DNA of 64,000 nucleotides, taken from positions 42,167,741 to 42,231,740 of the forward strand of contig CM041465.1 in assembly GCA_023213395.1 (NCBI GenBank), written 5' to 3'. Below the pieces are notes generated by a model that was not told the origin of the DNA, did not search any database, and saw nothing but the letters and a program-made list of their open reading frames with translations. Within the stretch, counting starts at the first letter, position 1, and the number at the start of each line of letters is the position of its first letter. Source of the stretch: Cycas panzhihuaensis. Lineage: Eukaryota; Plantae; Cycadophyta. Both the position numbers and the translations under genes were made by a program. Below, in pieces: positions 42,175 to 53,088 of the stretch.

Positions 42175-44009
42175 TGACAAGTGTGGGGTTTTTCACAAGT
42201 GTAGTGAACCTTGAATTCAACATTGGTTCCGTTGCTTGTGTCCACCAAGGAGGGACTAGGGCCAGGAGTTTCATAAGGGGAAAATGTTTAAAGGACAAAG
42301 GAACTTGACTATCATTATGATGGCAAGTTGCACCTAAGCCTCCAATAACCAAGAAACCTTCCAATGACACCTAAGAGGCCTTCGAAGGTAGGAGAACCAC
42401 AAAAGGATACTTCACCTAAGGGGAAAGAAACGAGAAAACAAAGGCCATTATGATGGTCAAAGGAATCAAAATTAAGAAGGGCAAGAAGATTGAGTCTACA
42501 TAATAACAAAACTAAGGGATAGTCCATTGAAGAATCTAAGGCAAGTGGAGCCCAAACACCTCAAGAACAAGGAGAGAAAAATAATGGCAAACAAATGGTA
42601 CTAACACCTGCTCCAATCAAGTATGACCTTTTAAGCCCGGAAAAGGAGGAAAACCCAAGAGGAGATGTGGAACAAAACGACACCCTAGGGAAGAATATAC
42701 AAGTGTGGATGATACCTCGAAGGACCTAAGTGATAACGAGAAGGTGGTGGAGGAAGGTCCCTCAGCATACTAGGAGAATAAATTAACAAGGCAACTATTT
42801 GAGGATTCATCGGATAGGGGGTTTGAACAATCATATTTAGTGGTCACACCATTGACGGTACAAGTGCCAAGAGTACCGAAACCAATATATTTAAAAACAC
42901 CATTTAAGAATCCTCCATTTGGAAGAGATTGTGCTGCACCAAGCACCCCAAATACGCCACCTAAAGTGAAGGGTGGAGAAAACGAAGTAGAATCCTTTGA
43001 AGAGACAAAAAGAGAAGGGCCACCACTCAAAAGGACACCAGTGCAATCGCCAAAGATGAGCGATTTAAGGGATTTCAGGAAACTTATCTTCAACGACACC
43101 TTGGATGCAGCAGAGCACGTCTACCTATTTTAGAATCTGATTGATGTGAATAAAATTACAGACGAGAATGAAATAAAGGCAAGATTTGCTTGCACATTAC
43201 GGGGAGTACCATTGACATGGTACAAAGAGTTGGATAAAACAAAAACATAGCCGAATATAAAGAAATCATTTGAGGAAAGATTTCAGAAATTTCGAAGTAA
43301 CAAAGTTGTGGAGGTTGCCCTAAGAGAAATAAAGCAGAGGCATGGCGAATCAGTGTTAACCTACATCAGTCGCATGAAAATAATTGTTGTCAACATGATT
43401 AATGAGACGATTACAGACCATAGCATGAAGAACTATTTCGTCAGAGAGTTAAATGAGAAATTGACGTCTATGATGCATGCGCATCCCCTGAAGTCATTTA
43501 AAAATGCTCAAGATTTGCCATTGGACTTTGAAGCGGAGATGGATGCCCAAGTCGGAGGGCATGATCCCCTGTTACTAAGGTTACAAGAGGAGATAAGAGA
43601 AATGAAACAATACCAACATAATCAACCCCTTTGCCAAGTGGGAATCTCAGAAGAAGAGTCGAAGATCAAAGCTCTAAAGAAAGAAGTGGCAAGACTCAAG
43701 ATGAGAAATAACAAAGAGGAGGAAGAAGTGAAGAAAAGAAAGGACTGGGGATTTAAAATCGAGAAATGGTGTCATATTTGCCAGGAAAGTTCGCACACAA
43801 CCAAAGAATGTGAAATCAATCCAAAAATTAATGCAATGCACCAAAATGATAGATGATGTCATATAAGTGACATGGATAGTCACAATACAAGGGATTGTTT
43901 CTATAACCCTAGGAGAAGAGCTTATAGAGGACGAGGTCGGGGAAGAGGGAGCAACCCACCTCGGAATGTATATACAACAAAAAGTATGTAGGAACCTTCA
44001 AAGAAAAAT

Positions 44010-47000
44010 CATGAAAAGTTCTTTCAAGATTTTGACTCTGACGTTCGTGGTGTTGTACACATGGCTGACAAATCATCTCGACCAGTCGAAGGAGTTGGAG
44101 CTGTTTGCCTAAAACTCCCAGGCCTTCCAGATTTTACACTTGTTGATGTTTTATATATTCTCGCCTGCGAGAATCTGCTCTCCCTGTCCACCCTTGTCTC
44201 TCGTGGATTTGATCTGAGTGTAACTGCAAACAATCAAATTCTCTGTCATTCACCCTCCTTCAAATGCTGTGGTCATGACCGGAATTCTTAATGGCAAACT
44301 TTTTCGCCTAACTGGCTCACCATCCTCTGAAGCCAACTATGTTGATGATGACTCTACTTTTACCACAACCCTAACTTCTCAAAAGTTGTCCCAAGCGGCC
44401 CTATGGCATGCTCGTATAGGCCATATCAAAATTGATCGTTTAAGAGAACTACAAGCCACTCTTCCTGGTTTACCTAGGCTCTCCTCTAAGCCCTTCAAAT
44501 GCGAAGCATGTATTATTGCCAAATCTCAAAGACAACCCTTTCCTCGTAGTCAATGGAAATCTAGTCAACCTTTGCAGCTTGTACACTTAGATATATGCAG
44601 TCCTATGCCCATCCCTTCTCTCAAACAAAAGTGGTACTATATTACTTTCATTGATGATATTACCAAGAAAGTATGGTTTGCTTTTTTTGCAAAGAAAGAT
44701 GAAGCTTTTTCTATGTTTCAAGCTTTCAAGGCTCGTGTGGAAAATGAATCTGGATTCAAGATCAAAATACTCAGGACTGACAATGGTGGCGAGTACACAT
44801 CCAATGAGTTTGAATCGTACCTACGTCAACATGGAATCAAACATCAGACCACTGTTGCAGGTACACCCCAACAAAATGGAGTTGCCGAGCGCATGAACAG
44901 GACCATCATGAACATGGCTCGTGCTATGCTGGTATATAAGAATCTCCCTGTCTATTTTTAGGCTGAGGCTATCTGGACTGCTGTGTATTGCATCAACACT
45001 GTTAGTCCCTCCAAGCTCGGCCCCTCTCCACATGAAATGTGGTATGGACAAACCCCCTCTATCTCCCACTTCAAAATTTTTTGCTCTACTTGTTATACTC
45101 ATATTCTAGAGGAACATAGAAATAAACTCCAAGATACAGCCATCAAAGGCATGTTTGTCGAATACCCTATGGACAAAAAGGGATACAAGGTTTTCATACC
45201 TTCACAGTGCAAAATTATCATCACTAGAGATGTTATCTTTGCACAGACTGAAGATCAATTACTCAGACTTGACTCCAAGACGCCTTCATACCGATTTAAT
45301 AATGCTACTGAATTTGATGTCCAGATTCCAAAATTTAGGGGAGGGAGATGCTCAACAGTTGCTCAAAATCTTGGAATTTGACAATAGAGCCTCAGAGGAT
45401 ACAAGTTGTGACTCCCAGCCAATGTGTACACATCCAACACCATTATTTGTGAACAGCCAAGTTGACAAAGGCAAAGCCATAGCAGAAGGATCATCTTCCC
45501 CAACATCTGTGACTAGCCCATCTTCTCCAGCATCGTCAACTTCCTCTGTGCCAAACATTTCACATGATTCTTTTCAGGATCAAAACGAAGTCCAAGAGGC
45601 TGTGGAAATGAAAACCTCATTCCCAACTTGAGGTTTTTGTGAAGCCTACCAGCTACACAAGGACATGCGGCCAGATGAGGTAGGCAAAATTGGCACTAGA
45701 AGTGCCCATAGAGCAAGGATGCATGAATCACTTTCCGTTGAGCTTGAACCAGCAACTGCACCTTGCTCTTAATGAAGAGACCCTAACGTACCAAGAAGTT
45801 GTAAAGCATGCAGCTTGGAGAAATGTCATGAACGATGAGTACCAATCTCTTATCAAGAACGATACATGGGAGCTTGTTGATCTACCACTTGGAAGAAAGG
45901 TAGTTCAAAATAAATGGGTGTTCAAAAACAAGTACAGATCAGATGGCACCCTAGAAAAATACAAGGCAAGGTTTGTAGCAAAAGGATTCACGCAAAGGGA
46001 AGGCATCGACTACACTAAAATCTTTGCTCCTACAACCAAATGGCCTACAATCAGAACTCTTATAGCCTTGGCTGCTCAACAGGGTTGGAAAATCCACCAT
46101 CTTGATGTTAAGACCACATTTCTCGATGGGGACCTTAAAGAAGAAATTTACATGGCTCAGCCAAAAGGATACGAGATTGTCGGTCAGGAGCATAAGGTTT
46201 GCAGGCTCAAAAAGTCCTTGTACGGCCTAAAGCAAGCCCCTCGTGCTTGGTTTACCAAGTTGTCTGAAAGAATGAGGCAACTTGGATATGAGGTTTGTGA
46301 CTATCAAGATATTGATGCAACATTATTCATCAAGCGCCAAAATGATAAAGTCACCTACCTCTTACTCTTTATGGATGATATGCTAATAACGGGGAATAGT
46401 GAACAGGTAATCAGCCAGCTGAAGAAGGACCTTGCTAAAACTTTTGAATTGTCTGACCTCGGGTTGATGAAATATTACTTGGGAATTGAAGTAACTCAAA
46501 AGAATGGCAAAATCTTTCTCTCCCAAGAAAAAATATATCAACGATCTCCTGACAAAGTTTCAATTGGAAGGTGCTCGACCAATGGATACACCTATGGAGC
46601 CTAATATTAAACTCTCAGTTGATGGTGACATTAGGGAGGCAGACACAACACTCTACAAGCAACTTGTAGGTAGTCTCATCTATACTACCAACACAAGGCC
46701 AGATATTACATACTCTATCGGCATTCTTGCAAGATTCATGACAAATCCTAAGCAAAATCATTGGCAAGCTACAATACGAGTGTTGAGGTACCTAAAGACG
46801 ACCTGCAAATATGGTCTATTGTATGAACCCAATGCAGAATTTAAACTTTATGCATACACAGACTCAGACTTTGCCGGAGATAAAGACACATGAAGATCTA
46901 CATCTGGGTACGTAACATTTCTTGGAACAGCATCAACATCAGGGAGATCAAGACGACAGAAGATAGTTGCAGACTCAACCGCCGAAGCTGAGTATATTAC

Positions 47001-47864
47001 TGCTTCTCAGACAAGCAAGGAGGTGATATGGCTTAGAAAATTGTTGAATACATTAAATGCCACCCAAACAAGTTCTACTAGCTTACATGTAAATAATCAA
47101 TCTACAATCCAGATGGCTAAGAATCCTGTATTTCATGATCGTTGTTACACACTTGGGTGGTCTTCACTAACACCTCGGGGTTTTGGTGTAACGGTTTGTT
47201 ACAAGTGGTATCAGAGCCAAGGTCACGGGTTCGAGTCTTGGAGGGGGCGACCTTGGAGGGGACGACCTCGGTAGAACGCCGGCATAGTAGTGTTCGTCCG
47301 GGGCCCGATGGGGCGCGAAATTACCGAGAGTGGGTCACCAAGAGTGGGTCGCCGAGACGTCGATGCCCTGTGGGGGAGGTATTGTTACACGCTTGGGTGG
47401 TCTTCACTAACACCTCGGGGTTTTGGTGTAACGGTTTGTTACAATCGTACCAAACATATAAGTACGAAAGTCCATAGGATTAGAGAACTAGTTCATGATG
47501 GCACAATTCAACTGGAGTACTGCCCCACAGCAGATCAAGTGGCCGATATCTTCACCAAACCACTGAAGAGGGTGAAGTTTGAACAATTCCGAAAGCAACT
47601 AGACCTTAGAGCCTCCATCTCCGACTGATTGAAGGAGATGACAATAGGACCATCATACTTTGTCTCATTCGTAAAAACCCCTTGTGGGCGCGGAAGGACA
47701 AGAGTAAGTCTCTGCTCTATCCCATTCGTGAAAACCCCTTGTGGGCGCAAAAGGATAAGGGTTGTATCATTTTGGAAAATCGGAACCGTGAAAACCCGAA
47801 AGGGCATGGGGGATGACCAAATGGTATATAGAGACTCAGTAGATTTCAGCTACAAAATTCATTG
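44010..47864 (+). mobile_element. 5'-truncated Ty1/copia pol (end of protease, integrase, RT, RNase H), PPT and truncated 3' LTR (47639-47864)
   Basis: ORFs 44269-44961 (LWHARIGH, DNGGEY), 45690-46604 (RT), 46504-46893 and 47290-47628 (ADIFTK); GAAGGAGA PPT then TG at 47639. Confidence 0.93.
47143..47443 (+). mobile_element. Micro-TRIM / SMART-like 301-bp LTR element
   Basis: 61-bp LTRs 47143-47203 and 47383-47443 (60/61 identical), TSD ATCGT, PBS TGGTATCAGAGCC 47206-47218, PPT GGGGGAGG 47372-47379; it interrupts the copia RNase H motif PVFHDR|TKHI. Confidence 0.97.
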
Positions 47865-47906
47865 TACTTGTTGATCAATGTACTGTTGTGTGTAATCTAT
47901 GATGAT

Positions 47907-49290
47907 ATTCCAAGATTTTGAGCAACTGTTGAGCATCTCGCCCCCCCCCCCCCCCCCTAAATTTTGGAATCTCGACATCAAATTCAGTAGCATCATTAAA
48001 TCAGTATGAAGGCATCTTGGAATCAAGTCTGAGTAATCGATATTCAGTCTCCGCAAATATAGCATCTCTAGTGATGATAATTTTGCACTGTGAAGGTATG
48101 AAAACCTTGTATCCCTTTTTGTGCATAGGGTATCCAACAAACATGCCTTTGATGGCTCTATCTTGGAGCTTATTTCTATGTTCCTCCAGAATATGAGTAT
48201 AACAAGTAAAGCAAAAAATTTTGAAGTGAGAGATAGAGGGGGTTTGTCCATACCACATTTCATGTGGAGAGGGGCCGAGCTTGGAGGGACTAACAGTGTT
48301 GATGCAATACATAGCAGTCCAGATAGCCTCAACCTAAAGATAGACAGGGACATTCTTATATACCAGCATAGCACGAGCCATGTTCATGATGGTCCTGTTC
48401 ATGCGCTCGGCAACTCCATTTTGCTGGGATGTACCTGCAACAGTGGTCTGATGTTTGATTCCATGTTGACGTAGGTATGATTCAAACTCATTGGATGTGT
48501 ACTCGCCACCATTGTCAGTCTTGAGTATTTTGATCTTGAATCTGGATTCATTTTCCACACGAGCCTTGAAAGCTTGAAACATAGAAAAAGCTTCATCTTT
48601 CTTTGCAAAAAAAGTAAACCATACTTTCTTGGTAATATTATCAATGAAAGTAATATAGTACCACTTCTGTTTGAGAGAAGGGATGGGCATAGGACTGCAT
48701 ATATCTGGGTGTACAAGCTACAAAGGTTGACTAGATTTCCATTGACTACGAGGAAAGGGTTGTCTTTGAGATTTGGCAATAATACATGCTTCGCATTTGA
48801 AGGGCTTAGAGGAGAGCCTAGGCAAACCAGGAAGAGTGGCTTGTAGTTCTCTTAAACGATCAATTTTGATATGGCCTATACGAGCATGCCATAGGGTCGC
48901 TTGGGACAACTTTTGAGAAGTTAGGGTTGTGGTAAAAGCAGAGTCATCATCAACATAGTTGGCTTCAGAGGATGGTGAGCCAGTTAGGTGAAAAAGTTTG
49001 CCATTAAGAATTCCGGTCATAACCACAGCATTTGAAGGAGGGTGAATGACACAGAGAATTTGATTGTTTGCAGTTACACTCAGATCAAATCCACAAGAGA
49101 CAAGGGTGGACAGGGAGAGCAGATTCTGCTTCAGAGCAAGAATATATAAAACATCAACAAGTGTAAAATCTGGAAGGCCTGGGAGTTTCAAGCAAACAGT
49201 TCCAACTCCTTCGACTGGTTGAGATGATTTGTCAGCCATGTGTGCAACACCATGAATGTCAGAGTCAAAATCTTGAAAGAACTTTCCATG
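47907..49290 (-). repeat. Inverted copy of copia integrase region 44010-45377
   Basis: Minus-strand ORFs 48001-49239 reproduce plus-strand ORFs 44061-45381; 4 differences in a 120-nt sample. Confidence 0.97.
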
Positions 49291-49769
49291 CTAAGAAAAA
49301 TCAATTGGTTGTACCATAACGTGTTGCTTGAAGTCGAAGGCAAATCAAATTGCCCCGATGCTGAAACATGTTTCATTTCGATATGTAAACAAAAAATACA
49401 AAAAAAATAAAGAACAGAAAAAAAACAACAATAACTCATATCATACAAATAAGCAATATGACAAAAAAAAAAAGTGAAGGAAAAATTATAGTAGAAAAAA
49501 TCAAAATAAGAACATCATGGGGAAATGAATGAAGAAATAAATCGAAAAAAAAAAAGAAACTTATGCACCAAGAAATGAGGATTTATTAAAACCAAGTAAA
49601 AATAATTGAGGCTCGGAGCCAAGGCTATAGAGGCAGCCCTCGATGTAAAGCAGGGGAGGAAGAACACAAAATTTTGAAGAAAGAGACAACACCAAAATTT
49701 TAATTTTTTAAGCAAGGATGCTCAACCCTTTTTGTTGACCCAGGATAGATGTTGGCGAATAAAATGATC

Positions 49770-49992
49770 AACACGGTCAAAAACGGCCACAACGGCTCAA
49801 AAATGATCAGAAATGGGCCCAGAAATGGCCAAAACGGCTCAGAAATGACTAGAAATGGGCCTAAAACTACCAGAATGTTTCAGAAACAACCATAAACGAG
49901 CCCAGAACAGCCAAAACGGCTCATAAATGACCAAAAATGGGCCCAAAATAGCCCCAGAAACAACCAGAATAGGCCCAGAAACAATCCCAGGA
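49770..49992 (+). repeat. Degenerate ~10/40-bp tandem subrepeats in gypsy LTR U3
   Basis: Recurring CAGAAATGGGCC / CAAAACGGCT units. Confidence 0.75.
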
Positions 49993-50728
49993 TCACATAA
50001 CAAGGTGCGTACCTTTTCAGGTACGTTAGCAGACAGAACATACCAAAACGATATGCACGACTAGAACAGACTCAAATGCGCCCAAAATTGATGTGGCAGC
50101 AAGGATATATGTACGTACAGACAACGAATACATGGATTGGTAGTGTTAATCATGTGTTAAGTGAAAAGGCACATGTCATGAAAGGAATGGTTATGACCAT
50201 GGGTCATAACCATTCACCCAAGGGACACCAAAATGGGTATTCAATGGCACTTTTGAGGATCATTTCAATGGTGAGAGCCGAGTTATTCATTCCATGGCAT
50301 GTTCTCAAGGGTGAGAGCCGAGCATTCACTCCACATGGTAGTACATTAACCAGCAAGCCAAGATAGTGGTACGGACTAGAGTTGCAGCAGATGCATTCCC
50401 TTTTGGAACGTCTGTGATAGAATCTTGTATATGAGACTGGAATGTATATAGCATACATTCCAGAACTGAATGTATAAGACATTGCTTAATAAAGTGAAGA
50501 GTTACGTAGAATACTGTGCTTTATGCGTACCATGATGATCGCATAATGGATACTTGTTGATCAATGTACTGTTGTGTGTAATCTATGATGATATTGTGTT
50601 GAATTATGGGTGAATATGTGAAAACCTTAGGTATATGAAGTATGTTGATTATATCCTAAGCTAGATTACCAATGATCCCTTGACAAGTGTACCTACCTCA
50701 ATAGGGAGATCATGTAAAAGTCAACGGT

Positions 50729-53088
50729 AGCCTTCCAAATAGGTTAACTAGGTAGTAAGATCAACTAGGGTAGCATCAAGTTGATTCCCAAAGGCAAGGA
50801 CCCTGACCTAATCACAAACTAGAAGTCAATCACCCTATTGAATGACTCATGCAAAATCCTTAACAAAGCTCTAGCCAAGAGACTAAGGCACATACTACCT
50901 GAGATGGCCAGACCTAAATAGATTGGGTTTATCAAGGGCAGATATATCCTAGATAATGTTAATGCAATATGAGAAGATATGGAATGGGCTAGATCCTTTC
51001 TCTCAAGATGTGATGTTTATGAAGATTGAATTTGTTAAGGCATACGACAAGATGGAATTAGGGTTCTCATCCCTTGCATGTTAACAACCCTAGGATTTGG
51101 AGAGAGGTTCAAACCCCTTTTGTCAATGCCGTGATAAGAATCTCCATTAATGGAGCTTTGACTAAGCTTGTCAATTTTGATAGATCAATTAGGCAAGGGT
51201 GCCCATCGACCCCATCACTTTTTGTGCTCACATCTAATGCTTTAGATTAATTGTAACATAGGAAACTCAGTCAAGGGATTCTTAGAGTATCTCTCCACAA
51301 AGGCTGGAGGACAAACAATTAGTCAATGGCCACTTTGCTAATGACTCCTTCCTTACGGCCAAGTCTGAGCCAAGGTATGTAAAGGAGGCATTAAAGGCTT
51401 TAAACATTTGTGCTCAGCCTTGAGGTCCAAAATTCAATGAAAGAAAATAGCATGCTTCCCACAATCCCCCAAATATAAACCATAGTGGTTCCAAAAATTT
51501 GAAGGGGCATTGATCAAAATTGGGCATATTTTAAAGTTCCTTGGCATCCCCTTTGAGCTCATAGTCTCCTTAACAAAAATGTGGGAGTACGTGATTAATA
51601 AAGTAGAGAAGCAACTTAGAGGTTGGTCTTCCAAATGCTTGCCTTTGGCTAAAAGGCACCATATTTGCTCGAAGGTGTTGGTTGCCACTCATGCATATTA
51701 CTCCTCTTGCTATGTCCCACAAGATGCAACCTTTAACAAGCTTGTCAAATTGCTAGGATCTTTCTTGTGGGCCCCTGGCAAAGGCAAGAAAGGATTTAGC
51801 AAGGTAAGCTAGAAAGTATGTTGCAAACCTGAGGTTAATGGTGGCTTGGGAATTATTGACATCAAACAACAGAGTCAATCACTCTGTGCCAAATGGCTAG
51901 TCAAGGCGAGAGAAGGGGAAGAGCCATAAAAGTTTCTCATCAGTGACACCCTGTGTAAAGCCAACATCTAGCCAACTTAGTGGGACATTCTAGCTTTAGC
52001 TTAAACCCCCATATAGTGTTGGTTGCCCTTGTACCATTAGAGGTTGTGGGATCTCCCATCTTCAAGACCATTTGGAAATCATAAAAGACCATTTGGAAAT
52101 CATAAGAAAGATGCAAGAAATGGCTAGCTTGGTAAAGAGATGAGCCTCAAAAGGGGCTTTCTTTTATATAACACTCCATATGACAGTCGTTATTAATATA
52201 AAAGGATGGAAAGTGCCTTGAACATCATCAATGGTTTGAACCCTAGCCAATGAATAAGAAAGGGCTAACCACAATTAGGCAAATATTTGATAACGGACAC
52301 TAGAAGTAGTGGAGGATGCTCAGAAAGGAGTTCAATACCAAAGCCTCTGATAGATTCATCATTGAAGAGATACACAATTGTTGTTCTACTTCTCAAATCA
52401 TTAATCTAGACATTAATGACAATAAGAGGTGGCGGAAAGACCAAGCTTGGTATGTGCTTAAGTCAGTTGCCAAATCCGTCATGCCCCACGTGTATAAGTT
52501 GATGGCGACAAGGACTAGTATCTCTCATAGGGTGAACAAAATTTGGAATATTGTCAACAGTGATAGGGCATGGCACAAACGTTTCTAAAGACTTAGGGAA
52601 ACTCCCATGGAGCCCAAAACAATTTTTGTTTAGCTAGTCTCTAGTGCACAATAAACCGACTATCAAATCTAGGCTAGGCAAGCTTAGACAGATGGACATG
52701 ACCTACGTGATACATGGTCAAGTAAAACCCCTCTACACTTATTCCGGCAATGCTCATCAACCAAGTCAACTTGGGGTTGAGTCAAGGAATTTGCAAAACC
52801 CATCATCTTCAACACCATTTAATGGAACAATCCCATTCTAAAGGACAACAAACCCCTTTCTCAAACCTTTATTGTGCCTTGGGACATGTTACACATAGAA
52901 GTCACACATTACATTTGGAAGCATAAGAACTCTAATTTTCAATGGTAGATCTCCTTCATTGTTTTTCGTCTCTGATATGCTTCCCAATGTGCTGACTTAA
53001 TCCTCTCTACACATAAGTGCATAAGAACAAAAGGTATAATTGGAGTTGTCCCATCTCCTATAACTAATAGACCAGTAGAGCTCAACCA
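50729..53088 (+). mobile_element. Intronic L1 LINE, 3' part (RT, zf-RVT)
   Basis: Joins 42174 in frame (MY*E|AFQIG..IKLIPK); motifs GFIKGR, RQGCP, FANDS, FLGIP, GGLGI. Confidence 0.9.
52064..52105. repeat. Perfect 21-bp tandem duplication
   Basis: AAGACCATTTGGAAATCATAA x2. Confidence 0.9.

Larger units (their letters stand above)
42175..50728 (+). mobile_element. Gag-only Ty3/gypsy element, circularly permuted through its LTR, hosting a copia foldback
   Basis: LTR end 42175-42222 (..TCAACA), tRNA-Glu-type PBS TGGTTCCGTTGC 42224-42235, retrotransposon gag 43060-43860 with CHICQESSHTTKEC, 3' internal region 49293-49749, LTR body from TGTTGG at 49750 to 50690, 38-nt filler 50691-50728. Confidence 0.75.

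Noticed and set aside
47143-47443. Cassandra element or tRNA gene
   Set aside because: No 5S rRNA-like segment in the LTRs and no cloverleaf; only a PBS and a B-box-like motif.
47907-49290. Assembly artefact (fold-back chimeric read)
   Set aside because: The arms differ by ~3% substitutions plus indels, so the duplication is old rather than technical; long-read confirmation is still advisable.
44001-49303. Mutator-like transposon (long TIRs with a 9-11-bp TSD)
   Set aside because: The arms are copia coding sequence, the direct repeat overlaps one arm and is offset by 2 nt at the other, and there is no transposase; template switching explains it better.
49770-49992. CRISPR-like array
   Set aside because: Eukaryotic context; degenerate tandem LTR subrepeats without unique spacers.
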